Part shown: positions 23,501 to 35,770 of the stretch, piece after piece
Position numbering within the stretch: position 1 is the stretch's first letter
How the letters are laid out: each line of letters starts with the position of its first letter
Assembly (NCBI RefSeq): GCF_009914755.1
Contig: NC_060935.1
Direction: 5' to 3' (one strand)
Length of the DNA stretch: 64,000 nucleotides
DNA from: the human T2T-CHM13v2.0 reference genome, Homo sapiens
Position numbers and translations under genes: made by a program
The notes under the pieces: generated by a model
The model's database searches: none
Seen by the model: only the letters and a program-made list of their open reading frames with translations
What the model was told of the DNA's origin: nothing

Positions 23501-26500
23501 AATTTCTAATTTGATGGTACTATGGTCTGAGAGATTGTTATGATTTCAGTTCTTTTGCGTTTGCTAAGAAGTGTTTTACTTCCAATCATATGATAAATTT
23601 TAGAGTGTGTGCCACGTGCAGATGAAGAAAATATATATATTCTGTTGTTTTTGGTTGGAGAGTTCTGTAGATGTCTATCAGGTCCATTTGATCCAGTGCT
23701 GAGTTCAGGTCCTGAATATCTTTGTTAATTTTCTGTTTCAGTGATCTGTCTAATACTATCAGGGGGGTGTTAAAGTCTTCCACTATTATTGTATGGGAGT
23801 TAAAGTCTTTTTGAAGGTTTCTAAGAACTTGCTTTATGAATCTGGGTATTCCTGTGTTGGGTGCATATATATTTAGGACAGTTAGACCTTCTTGTTGAAT
23901 TGAGCTCTTTACCCTTCTGTATTGCCCTTCTTTGTCTTTTTTGATCTTTGTTGTTTTAAAGTCTGTTTTGTCTGAAACTAGGATTACAACCCTTACTTTT
24001 TTTTCTGTTTCCCATTTGCTTGGTGGGCTTTTCACCATCTTTTATTTGAAGCTATATGTGTGTCACTGCATGTTAGATGGGTCTCTTGAAGACAGCATTC
24101 CAATGGGTCTTAGTTTGTTATCCAGCTTGCCACTCTGTGTCTTTGAATTGGGACATTTAGCCCATTTATATTCAAGGTTAGTATTGGTATGTGATATGGT
24201 TTAGCTGTGTCTCCACTCAAATCTCATTCTTGAATTCCAACATGTTGTGGGACAGACCTGGTGGGAGGTAATTGAATCATGGGGGCAGGTCTTTCCCATG
24301 CTCTTCTTGTAATAGTGAATAAGTCTCACAAGATCTAATGGTTCTATAAGGGAAAGTTTCCTTGCACAAGCTCTTTCTTTGCCTGCTGCCATCCATGTAA
24401 GACGTGACTTGCTCCTCCTTGCCTTCCACCATGATTGTGAGCCTTCCCCAGCCACCTGAAACTGTAAGTCCAATAAAACCTTTCTTTTGTAAATTGCCCG
24501 GTCTTGGGTATATCTTTATCAGCAGCATGAAAACGGACTAATAAAATATGTGTAAATTTGATCCTGTCATCATGATGTTGGCTGGTTATTTTGCAGACTT
24601 ATTTATGTGGTTGCTTTATTGTGTCACTGATCTGTGTGCTTCAGTGTGTTTTTGTAGTGGCTGGGAATGGTCTTCCCTTGTTATATTTAGTGCTTCACTC
24701 AGGATTTTTTGTAAGGCAAGCCTAGTGGTAATGAATTCCCTCAGCATTTGCTTGTCTGAAAGGATCTTATTTCTCCTTTGCTCATGAAGCTTAGTTTGGC
24801 CAGATATGAAATTATGGGGCAGAATATCTTTTCTTTAAGAACATTGACTATAAGACTCCAATCTTTTCTGGCTTGTAGGGTTTATGCTGAGAGGTCTGCT
24901 GTTAGTTTGATGGTCTTCCCTTTGTAGGTGACCTGTCCTTTCTCTAGCTGAGTTTAACATTTTTAAATTTTATTTTGACCTTCAAGAATCTAGTGATTAT
25001 GTGTCTTGGGAATGTGCTTCTTGAGGAATATCTTACTGGGGTTCTCTGCTGTTCCTGAATTTGAATGTTAGCCTGTCTCGCTAGGTTGGGGAAGTTCTCA
25101 CGGATGATATCCTGAAATGTTTTCCATGTTGGTTCCATTCTCCCATCTCTTTCAGGAACATCAGTGAGTCATAGATTTTATTTCTATATAATCCCACATT
25201 TCTTGAGGTTTTTCTTCATTCCTTTTTATTCTTTTTTCTCTATTCATGTTTGAATTTCCTATTTCAGAAAGCCAGTCTTGATGCTCTGAGATTCTTTTCT
25301 TCACTTGGTCTATTCTGCTATTAATACTTGTAATTGCATTATGAAATTCTTGTAGTGTGTCTTTCAGCTCTATCAGTTTGGTTACATTCTTTCTATACTG
25401 GCCATTTTGTTTGTCACCTCCTCCATTGTTTTATCATGATTTTTAACTTGTTTGGATTGGGTTTCAATGTAGTTCTGTAGCTCAATGATCTTTGTTTCTG
25501 TTCATATTCTGAATTATATTTGTTTAATTTTAGCCATCTCAGCCCAGTTCAGAAGTCTTGCTGGAGAGGTGATGTAGTCATTTGGAGAAAAAAAAAAGGC
25601 ATTCTGGCTTTTTGAGTTGTTAGGGTTCTTGTGCTCATTCTTTCTCATCTTTGTGGGCTTATCTTTCTTCAATTTTTGAGGTTGCTGACCTTTGTATGTT
25701 TCTTCCTTCATCCTATTTGATGACCTTGGGGGTTTGAGTGTAGTATAAGGTAGATTCAGACAACTGACTTCATTTCTGGAAGATTTTGGGGTGCCCACAC
25801 TCAGCTGCCAACTCTTCCTGGACTGTATGCCCTAACTCTAGGGGACTTGTATTGGGCCTTGACATTGTTCTCTGGCTCTTTGAGGTTAGAAATCCACTGC
25901 ACTGTGGGGGCTGACATGCTCCCAGATTATGGGTTACTACTCTCTGATAGGTGGTGTCAGCAAACACGTTTTGTAATGCAGTGACAGTGGGATCTGTCTT
26001 TGTTCACATGTGCCGGCAGCAGCAATAGTGGCAGCTGTGGCAGGTGGTAGCAGGTGCCAGGGTGCCTGTAGTGTTCGGGACTGACAGTTCCCCTTTGGCT
26101 AGTCTCTTATGGGAGCAAGTCAGGTCTAGGGGCATGGCCATTCCTGGCTGTGCTCTCCTACAGATGCTTCTGCACCAAACCCTCTGGGCTCCATATCAGC
26201 TGTCTTCCTGCTGCTACCACTTCTCTATGCAGCTCTCCCTGCCAACTGGAGGTCTGCCAGGGTTCCAGAGGCCTGTGGCAAGAGCAGGTTGCTCATTGCC
26301 AGTTCAACTCATTTGTTCTCCCAGAGGCATTTGGGGCCAGGAATCAGTCCAGGTGCACTGTAGCCTTGTGTAGGGTTCCCAGTGTTCTCCGCCTTTAGCT
26401 CAGCTTCTGCGTCATCTCTCCATCCACTTTCAATGCCTTCTTTCTGAAAATCTGTTAGGAGCATGCCAGTCATCTTGGTCCCTTGATGGGAGCTGTTCCA

Positions 26501-26540
26501 CCTGGCTGCATATAGTTAGCCATCTTGCCCTCACTTCCAG
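20531..26540 (-). mobile_element. Near full-length L1PA13-16-type LINE-1 with its 5' end present
   Basis: 3' tail near 20531; ORF2 remnants (ORFs 20742, 21326, 22008, 22103, and 23586 endonuclease 'TVLNIYAPNTG...DFNTPL'); ORF2 start ATGACAGGATCAAAT at 24570-24556; ORF1 remnants (24944, 25514); 5' end 'gagggcaagatggc' near 26532. Internal deletions near 20955 and 21580. Confidence 0.95.
24192..24545 (+). mobile_element. THE1A solo LTR inserted in L1 ORF2
   Basis: 'tgatatggtttagctgtgt...gcctgctgccatccatgtaagacgtgacttgctcc...cagcagcatgaaaacggactaataaa'; 5-bp TSD gtatg/atatg. Confidence 0.92.
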
Positions 26541-28150
26541 TATTTTCCCTATGATGTAAAAATGAGTTTGTTGAGCTTCCTAGAGGAAGCTCAGTATATA
26601 ATGTATAGTATATAATGTTTTATATACTAATTTGTTGGGCTTCCTAAATATATAGATTAATGTTTTTCAATAGATTGGGAATGTTTTCATTGTTTAAAAA
26701 ATTTTTTTTTACATTTTCTTTTCTCTGTTTCTTCTCTTTTTGGTATTCCTATTACATGTATGTTGGTATGCTTCCTGGTGTCCTGTATTTTTCTGAGGTT
26801 ACATTCATTTTTCTTTATTTTTTGCCCTCTGTTCTTCAGATTGCATAATCTCTATTGATTTATCCTCAAGTTTGCTAATTCTTTCTGCCAGTTCTAATCT
26901 CTAGTAGAATTTTCATTTAAATTATTCTACTTTTTAATTCCAGAATTTCCATTCGGTTCTTTTTTATAATTTACATCTCTTTATGGATATTTACTATTTG
27001 GTGCAATATTATTATTATAATTTTCTTAATTTATTTAATTATGGTTTGTTCTTTCAACATATTTATAATGGCTTCTTTGAATTTTTATGTCTCTTAAATC
27101 TAACATCTCTGCACTCTAATAGGCAATATATATAGCAAGCTTTTATTCCCCCTTTGCGTTTGGGTCATACGTTCCTGTTTTGCTGCAGGTCTTGTAATTT
27201 TTGCTGGAAACTGGTTATTTTATTTTTTATGGGTACATAGTAGATTTATATATTTATAGGGTACATGACATATTTAGATACAGATGTACAATGAGTAATC
27301 ACATCTGGATAAATGGAGTATCCATTGCCTCAAGCATTTATCATTTCTTTGTGTTATAAACATTCAAATTTTAAGTTTTTAGTTATTTAAAAGGTATATT
27401 AAATTATTGTTCACTGTAGTCACCATGTTATGCTATTAAATACTACATCTTATTCACTCTATGTAACTATATTTTTGTACCCATTGACCATTCTCATGGA
27501 AACTGGATTTTTTTAAAGCAGCTCTCGGTACTGGTACTATACTTCTCCTTGCCCCTCATCTTATACTTGCTGTTTTCTTGTTTACCTGTTTAGTAACTGG
27601 CTTGATTATTTTTGTAAAGTCTATTTCTGTCCTGCAGTATGAAGCCTCTGATGTGCTTCTCAGGGTGTACAGCCTTGGGTATGTCCACAGTCACTCAAAG
27701 GTGACAGTGTTTTTTTGGCAAGTGTCTTTTTGACTGTTTTCCAGACAATGCCCAGCTGTTAAACTCCACTTATTGTTGGCTGATGCTCTACTGTTTTTAA
27801 CAATGTCTAGTTCCATAAATTACGTTACAGATAAATCCAATCAAATTTGGTCTCTTTTGAAGGGATAATTACCTTTGCAGTCAGTTTTTGAGATTTGTTT
27901 TGACCCCAAGGTGGATATTCTCAGCTGTGTCTTTTCCCGATTCTCTCCAGTAAACCAGCTGACTTGCAGTTTAACCTATATCTCAGATGAACCTAACAAT
28001 TTCCTCCCAATTGCCTTTTATCACAATTTGCTCCTTTTATTCACACTCATCCAGAACTTAACCTCCACAACGGGGAGCTTGTGGTAAAACCAGAAATGCT
28101 GACATCCTGCTCTTCCTGGCAATCTAACCCTCTGGGAGATGGTGAAAGAG
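26541..28150 (-). mobile_element. Old L1M host resumed (ORF1 and 5' region, L1MCa/L1MDa-like)
   Basis: 'ctatgatg...gagcttcc...tagattaatgtttttcaatagattgggaatgttttc' continues the element broken at 20530; 5' region 'cccagctgttaaactccact...ttttgagatttgttttgacccca'. Confidence 0.75.
27215..27496 (-). mobile_element. 5'-truncated L1MA (L1MA2/3-like) 3' end
   Basis: 'gggtacatagtagatttatatatttatagggtacatg...tttttgtacccattgacc', flanked by the direct repeat tggaaactgg at 27205-27214 and 27497-27506. Confidence 0.85.
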
Positions 28151-31100
28151 AAAGCAACAAATTTGGCAAAGCAAGAATCACAGGCTCTTCTGCAGGAGAG
28201 AGAGAAGAGGTTAGATGCCTCTACCCTTCCTGTCCTGCACAGGCTATTAGGTTAGAAGGTGTTCACCTGGTGTCAGTTAAGGAGACCTTTCCCTATTGAA
28301 TGCAACGTGGGCAGTCTTTCCTGTACCGTGAGCAAGGATAGAACTCTTAATCCATCTCCTAGGATGATACATGAAAGTCTTCTGTCCTATCTTTTTGTGG
28401 TTCAGTAACATTTTGTATTCTGATACTGATCCCATGGGGCTACATGGGAAAAAGCACGTGGGCCCCCTTAAGGAAAATATTGAACTAGAGAACTCAAATT
28501 GATGTTCATTATTTTTGAAGTCCTTGTAGGCAAAAAATCCAACTTGTGCACCCAGGTGGTAAATAGAGGAGGTTACCGTCTCCCACTCCTCATTGTTTAA
28601 TAGCCATTCTAATCTTTCAAGTATTTGAGTTTTAAGAAAGAGAGTGAAGGGGAAAGAAGGCCCTTGCAGGGTCCCTTCCAGAGACCCAGCTGTCAATAAT
28701 TATTGAAAAGGGGTGTACAATTGAAGGAAGAGGTCAGACAGTAACACATAGAGCATGAATTAAAAGTACCCTTTCAGAGAAATGCAGCATTGAGACCCCA
28801 GACTGCTTTCCTCCGACGTCCAGGCGGGGATTATCTTTACTTGTGCTATCAGCCACTTAAGTCTGTATTTTAATTATCCATGAAAATGCTCAATCATTAT
28901 TGCAGCTTGGAAGTGATATGGAATATAAAGAATTCATTGTATGTCCTGTGACTGGGCCTGTTGATATGGAACTTGGGCCACAATTTAAAGCCATTATCAA
29001 ATAAAATCTACTCGGAAAACCTGAACAAGACACATATGGTCTTCAGTGATCTGGATAGTGTGGCCTGAGTCAGTGGGATGCACAAGGATGCCTGAGTAAA
29101 TTCAGAGAAAGTATCAGCTACAGTCAGGATCTAGTGGAATCTTCTTGATTGGATGAGGGGCCCAATGTGATCTATTCATTGGAAACTCCTTGGTCATTGG
29201 CTGGAGAGATTTTTTCCCAGGCAGCATTTTTAGCTTTGGCCATGGTCTGGCTGGAGGAAAACCTTTTCCATGCTATGTTGGCATGTTCAGACCACAGAGG
29301 CAGTCTATGCATGTAGGCCAGTCTAGGATGGTATCCAAATTTCTCATGGATCCAGAAGGCAATAGGTTGAACATCTGCTTGTTCTGGATTAGGGCACAAT
29401 TCAGTCTCTGAGTTTAGCTGACAAACATGGTCTGCTCATTGATTATATTCCCCTTTGTCAGTCTGAGAGCCTTTCTGGTGATCATCAACCTTGATAAGAA
29501 AACCTTATTAGGAATGGAGCATTTTTTTTTCTAAATGTCTCACCCCTACAGGGAAGCTTGTTTATATGGCACTCAGACCTGCCAGTGGCCTAACCAAATG
29601 GCCAAGACATTGGTCACAGCCTGTGAGTCAGTGAAAATGTAGCATATCTCATCAGCTGGGGTGGCCTGCATAGCCATCCACACTACATGAAGTGCTATTC
29701 ATTGTGCTGAGCATCCTTTACTGCGCTCAGTGAGGGACAGGCCTCTCTCAGATCAGATGGCAGCTATACCCTTTTCCATCCTGGTATAAGTTAACTGGGA
29801 AGAGCTCTCAGTGAACAAGGCCTATCAGTGGTCCAGGAGGTTTCTATATCTGTGTTTCCTCTGGGACAGTGGAGGCAGTGGCTCTTTGAGCATATGCCTA
29901 GGGGTAGAGGAGCACTCCTGAAGCTTTTTTTTATGGTGTTGCAAGCTTTTTTTATGGTGTTAAAGCACATCCTGGCCAGATTTTACCCACTTCTCTATGT
30001 ACCAATTCTATTTCACTAGAGATAATTTCTTAGCTTTCTCCACTTGACAATTTGAGGGCTATGTTCAGGCCCAAGGTGTGACTGGGATCTCTAGTTACAA
30101 GATTACTTCATGACCATGGGCCATACACTCAGTAACCACCAAGGCACAATGGCAAGCCAATAATAATCTCTTAAAGCGTGCATGCCCTTAAGCTGACTTG
30201 GGGAGCCTAGGAGTCCAAAGGCCCAACAAATACCTCTAACCTGTGGTAGTATTCTTCTGCCATAGGTTTCAATTGTCAAACTGGAAGGTTGATAAAACCT
30301 GTAACTCAAACAGCAAATATGAATTGGTGGGGCCTGGATGGGTTAGGGGAGTAACTTGAGTGGCCCGTTGGAAGATCCTTCTAAGGGAATCTTGTGGGTT
30401 AGGGGTCCTCTTTCTTTCTATTTTTTCATGTAGAGAGAGTCAAATGCTTCATAATTGTCTGCTCTAGAATTGTGCACCTTCCTGGATTATGCCCAGGAAT
30501 TTTACTTAGTTGCTAGATCCTTATACTTTTTAGTAATGGACTGGCCATGTTGTCACTTGTGGGTCAAGAAGGCATCCAGTTTTTGTTGGGTGATGGCCTT
30601 GTCTATGCCCACCAGGGGATGTCATTAATATAGTGGAAGGCTAGTATTTTGTCTAGGAGTGACATTTTTCAGGGTTATGACCTATCTGTTGATGACAGAT
30701 AGCCAGATAATTTAGGTAGCATTAAGGAAACATTACAGTATATTGGAATCCATTCCACATAAAGGCAAATTGATCCTGATAATCTGATTTGAAGGAGATG
30801 CTGAAAAAACCATTTGTAATATTAATTGCTACACACCAAGTTCACTTAGCTTGAGCAATAGCTTCTGTGACTGTCACAACATCTGGTTCCACCAATTCCA
30901 AGAGTGGTAGGACAACATTGAGCCTCCAGTACTCAAAGGTGAGTTTCTAGGCACCCAAAGCCTTGTGCACATGCCAGATAGGGCTACAGAATAGAGAAAT
31001 AGTCTTATAGAGAACTTCATTTTCCTTAAGTTTGGCCAAAGGGTGGTTAGTTTTGGGGGGAATAACAGCACCAATTGTCAGTAGTGGAGCAAATTAACAG

Positions 31101-32420
31101 TCTTCCATATGCCCCACTAAGATGGCCCTACCTGCATCAATTCTTGCCAGGGCTGTGGGTGAAGGTGAGTAGGGTGCAATGCATAATATATCTGTACCAA
31201 CTATGCATTCAGTGATGGGGGCCATACAATGGAGACTTGTAGAAACCTGAAGTGGCTCATCCATAGTCATGTCTGGTTAAGACTGCTAGTGGTGGTAGCC
31301 TAGAACCCAATTCCAGACAATATTATCTGTTTCCCCTTATCTTGGTGCCAAGGGTTGTGGGAATCATAAGTCATTTGTGTACTGATCTCCAAAAGGCCCA
31401 AGAAGTACTAGATTCCCCCCATCTCTCCATTGAGCTATGACCGTGAAGTAGGGTTTCTTGTTCTCTTTGGAGAGAGAAGGACCTCAGTCTAACTCTTTGT
31501 CTTGTTTATTTGTGAATACTAAAAAACCTGGCAGAGGCTGGATGGACCATTCAGCTCATCTTCAGGCCCACGAGGAGGGTCAGAGGGATCAGCACCAATG
31601 TCACTCATAGGGACTGCCACCACTTGAATCCTCATGGGGTTGTCTGTTGAGCCTCTCATGGCCTGGACCTGGCCACAAGTTCCTTGGCAGGGACCCCATC
31701 AGTCTCCTCCTTGAGACCCCATTATTGAGAGACAAGATTCAGTGATCTTTTCTGGAAGGCCTTTGCCAGGATGGTCCAGCAAAGGAGGCCTGTTTACCAC
31801 TCTCCAGCTGCTCTTTTGCCTAGTCAGACTTTGATATCTTGGCAGTAGCCACTTTTTGCATGCCAGGAAATTTGTCAGTAAAGAGTCAGATTGTGTTGTG
31901 AAACAATGGGCCTGACTTCAAGCAGTGGCCTCAATAGCCATCAGGAGAGGCATGAATAAACCTAGAAATCTGAGTCTATTAATGATCTTATCATGTACTG
32001 TTCCCACTACTTCACTGTAGATCCAAGGGTGTTTTTAGGGCTGGCTTTGTGAGGGTGGTTCAAATATGTTTGTGAGTGGCAAGGAATTTATCACCAGTGA
32101 GTCAGGTGTGCCAGAGCATAGCTGGTACCCAACTGAGGAAGAAGAGGGTCTTAGATATGTGTACTGTCTCATTCACTCAATACCTTGCACCTCCTCTGTA
32201 GGCAGTCATGATTTATCAGGGTAGTCTGAAGAAGGGGTTTGTAGTGATGTTCCTGTAAGGAACCAGTCTCCTTCACTAAGTTTAACAAGATGCTTGTTTC
32301 ATTATTGAGGCAAACTAACACATTCTCTCAGGCCTTTTTTGTTTGCTGGGTGAAGTTATCCCTAAGTGCTCTATGTTCTTTTTCCTTGAAGGCACAAGTC
32401 TCAAAGAATTGAGTTGAAGT
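28150..32420 (-). mobile_element. Class III (ERVL/HERV-S-related) endogenous retrovirus internal relic, gag-pro-pol, no LTR recognised
   Basis: Manual minus-strand translation: protease 'GLLEIST' (~31390); RT 'WCVAINITNGFFSISFKSDYQDQFAFMWNGFQY' (~30740-30838) and 'HYINDI' (30619-30636); RNase H 'YIFTDSQAVTNVLAIW' (~29596-29643); integrase 'IDHIGPL', 'DNG', 'IPYHFQAA.MIE' (~28890-29175). The gag extent is inferred from position only. Confidence 0.85.
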
Positions 32421-32709
32421 GGAGAAAAGTGTCTTCAAGTACCCCTCATAAAGAAGAGGTGCCTGAAAAATATTTTGGGTGAGGCCTCTGAATAGAGATG
32501 CCTAAGCTAAGAATGAAGCCATGCATATATGAGCATGGCTGGCTGGAATAGGCCTGAATCCCTGCCTGCAACTTCTTCCTGAGACTCCAATGCATTGGTT
32601 GTGCACCAAATCTTTTGTGGGAAGGGCAGCTTTCCCTCCATGAGGCCTGCCAGGTAAAGTCTTTGGTAGAGCCTGAAAGATCACACATGAAATTTAGACC
32701 TGGGGCTGG

Positions 32710-34067
32710 ACCAGTTGCACCTGGTCGATCGATTGATGTGGAAAGAGAAACAGCCTCAGTTAGGAATATGAAATAGCATATAGAAAATAATAAATAACTT
32801 ATTTGGCTGGTCAGTGGCACAGAAGTATTATAAAAAGATTAGAGGACTTGGGTCAAGGAGGTCTGGCGAAGAAGCATGAAGACTGACCTACTGAAGAGGG
32901 CATAAAGTGTGAAGGTATTTGTATTGTATGTTAATATTCTTCAGATAAAGTTCACCATGAAAGGAGCTCTAAAAATACATAATTCAGTCAACTGATGTCA
33001 GCCAACATGCCATTGGCCATTCCAGTGTTGGCACAATGGGTAAATGAATTCAATAGACACTGGATCAGGGATGAAGCCTTTGTATATGCCCAACGATTAG
33101 GCTCCCACTCACCATGGTTGTTCCATCCTTGGTTTAAATTTTAACAAAGACCAACCCTGAAGACCCAATATGGCACCATTCATCTAAAATACCAAACAGC
33201 CACTTGGTTTCATGTTGTTATTGAATGCTTTCCATCCTTGAAGAGGCAGATATTCATCTTTTCTAAAATTGACTTAGACTTTGAGTGTGAGCTTACCTTA
33301 CCTGCCTGTAGGACTGTAGCCAGAACTACTATTTGGAATCTTGTGGAATGATAAATATTTATAACCTGTGATCTTCAGAGAAAAGGAGATGAGGGGATAA
33401 ATACATAAAAATGGAGTCCATTGGTTTAATCACATGCTATACAACTCAGAAACCACTAGTCTTAATTGAGTTCTGGTGAAAGTATAGCCAAATATTAGTT
33501 TGGATATAATACCCTAAGATTATGGGTGCCATTTTTCAGGATGCAGTGTATACTCCAAATCAATGACCAGTATATAGTACTGTGCCTCCAAAAGGTAGAA
33601 TTTAAAAAATGAGTCCAGAAACAAAGGGGTACATAAAATAACACTCCACTCACCATTATTTCCTGTGACCGACTCATGAAATATGTGCTTGCCATCCCTA
33701 CAGTTCTTGGATCTAGAGGTTTAGAGGTTTTATTAGAAGTGTAGAAGAGAAATGCTTTTATTTTATTGTATTATTATTGTTATTATTATTTTTTAGAGGA
33801 CTAGGGCCTCACTGGAGGAAGGTCTGCGTCATTCTACCAGGCAGGTCACCTTGGCCAGCAAAGGTTATCATCAGAGATGAGGAATATGTAGAATAAAGTA
33901 AAAGAGTGAGATACTGCAGATCATTTGTGGAATTGAGGGGTGACAGTTCATTCCACTAATTTTTATCTGTCTCATAAATTTTCTTGAATAAAAGAGAAGC
34001 ACCAGATTAGGAGTTGCTATCAGAATTTATATAAGACATGTAGATATAATGAATACAAAGTGGTAGA
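32710..34067 (+). mobile_element. HERV16/ERV3-16A3-like internal fragment (RNase H-integrase and 3' region)
   Basis: 'gcacctggtc...tgtggaaagagaa', 'aaggaggtctgg', 'gcacaatgggtaaatgaa', 'agaccaaccctgaagacccaatatggcaccatt', 'caggatgcagtgtatactccaaatcaatgacc'. Confidence 0.75.
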
Positions 34068-34470
34068 TGGTAGTACATGTTTTGGTTCACCGGCCAAACC
34101 CCTACTACCTCAAGTAGGAGGCACTCATTATCTCAGCTGCTCAGAGTTGTCAGCTGACATCTTTTGGCTGAATGCCTCTGGGGATTGGCGGGGAGTTAAA
34201 ATGACCAAGACTATGCTCTTTTCTTGGGGCAGCCAATGACTAGTTGATGTAAAACTACAAAAAGCTAAGCCCACTTGCCCTACTGGAGAATACCTTTAAA
34301 GGATACCTCAGTTCCTGATCCCATTGTTGGGTTTGGCTGGAGCCTTTACTGCGAATTCATCTTTTCCTTTCACTCACTCATAGATATTAATAACTAGAGT
34401 ATCTCCCAACAAGTTTCTTACACACAAATCTTACCTCAGTATCTTATCTCAGTATTTTCAATAGCAGCCT
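34068..34470 (+). mobile_element. LTR16-type (LTR16C-like) 3' LTR
   Basis: Follows 'caaagtggtaga'; contains 'ctcagctgctcagagttgtcagctgac', 'gggcagccaatgactag', 'aagctaagcccacttgccc' and 'cacacaaatcttacctcagt'. Confidence 0.75.
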
Positions 34471-35267
34471 AACAATATTTCAAAAATTCTTTAACGGCAA
34501 ATTTTATGCTTAGGAATCCATGTTATAGAAATACTTGAACATGTTTCCAATAGTTGGTTGGTCCAAGACATTGGTCATCCTTAGTCATAGGGTTGAGACT
34601 CTCCAAAGTAGTGTCTATTCTTCAAACATCAATAAAACACAGTGGAAATGCTCATCTCTAATCTGCCAAACCAATGCATTATGACGAGAATTCTCTGCTT
34701 TTCATCTTAAACTTATTAATAACTAGTCCAATGTTTATGGCTAAACATGTTTATTTTAGCACTGATTTTAATTGGGTAAAATTTGGAATATTTAAATGTC
34801 CATCATTTGGGGAGGACTTAAATTATGGTATATTCATAAAACTGAATGCTACTTAGCCATTTAAAAATGAGATCTTAAAACACTAATTTGAAAAAAATAT
34901 CTAAGGTCCATTATTAAACGAATAAAGGAAAATATAGAAAATATGTTTAATAGAATCCATTTGTTTAACCTCTCTGATTTTGTAGGTTTATTTTTATTTA
35001 TACTACACAGGCAGATGCAATTTGAGAGTATCAAGCATATAAATAACATCTGTTAAGTTTTCAGAGATTGTTTAAAAAGTCATGTATAAAGCAACCAGAA
35101 ATCAATCATTAGACTTTTTATTAGCCACACTGTGCATTAGACTACTATGGAACCATGTACTCAAAATCTTGAGAAAAAATTGTATTAACACATAATTTTA
35201 TACCTGGACAGTTTTTAATGACTGAAGTTTTTGCTATATTACAATAAATTATGCCTGCAATATTACA

Positions 35268-35340
35268 GAATATATATGTAAGAGAATATATATATTATGT
35301 ATATAGAATATATATATATTATGAGTGTATATATATATAA

Positions 35341-35372
<32 letters not shown>

Positions 35373-35435
35373 AAGAAAGAAAAAAACCTGTGATATATAT
35401 AGAATGAAAAAAACCTGTAGATTATTATATATATA
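35268..35435. repeat. (TA)n/(TG)n low-complexity tract with duplicated 'gaaaaaaacctgt'
   Basis: Directly visible. Confidence 0.85.
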
Positions 35436-35599
35436 CCTAGACGTTATTGTGCTGATTAAATAGCAGCTACATTGGAGTCGTAGGACTATGGGTGATTATG
35501 TTTTCTTCTCAGTATTTTTTTCGTCTGATATTTTCCAATCCTCTACAAAGCATATTCAGAAAAAAAAAACACACATAGAAAACACTTAAGGTATGTTTC

Positions 35600-35770
35600 T
35601 TCATGGTCACCAGACTACTTGTTTCTGAATCAGTTAAGAGAAATAGACTTGTTGAAACTCTATACCAGGCCCATTGAGTTAGAAACTTTAGATGTTGGGC
35701 TTGGGATCCTGCACTTTAAATTAGCGCCCTTTGGTGGTACTTATATACTTTAAAGTTTAAGATGAAATGC
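35600..35770. mobile_element. MER5-type fragment
   Basis: 'ccaggcccattgagttagaaactttagatgttgggcttgggatcctgcactttaaa...ttatatactttaaagtttaaga'. Confidence 0.55.
35722..35737 (-). promoter_or_regulatory. Candidate CTCF core motif
   Basis: Minus strand CCACCAAAGGGCGCTA versus consensus CCACCAGRGGGCGCTA: one mismatch. Confidence 0.35.

Noticed and set aside
20531-26540. Potentially active L1
   Set aside because: Many stops and frameshifts, two internal deletions and a THE1A insertion in ORF2.
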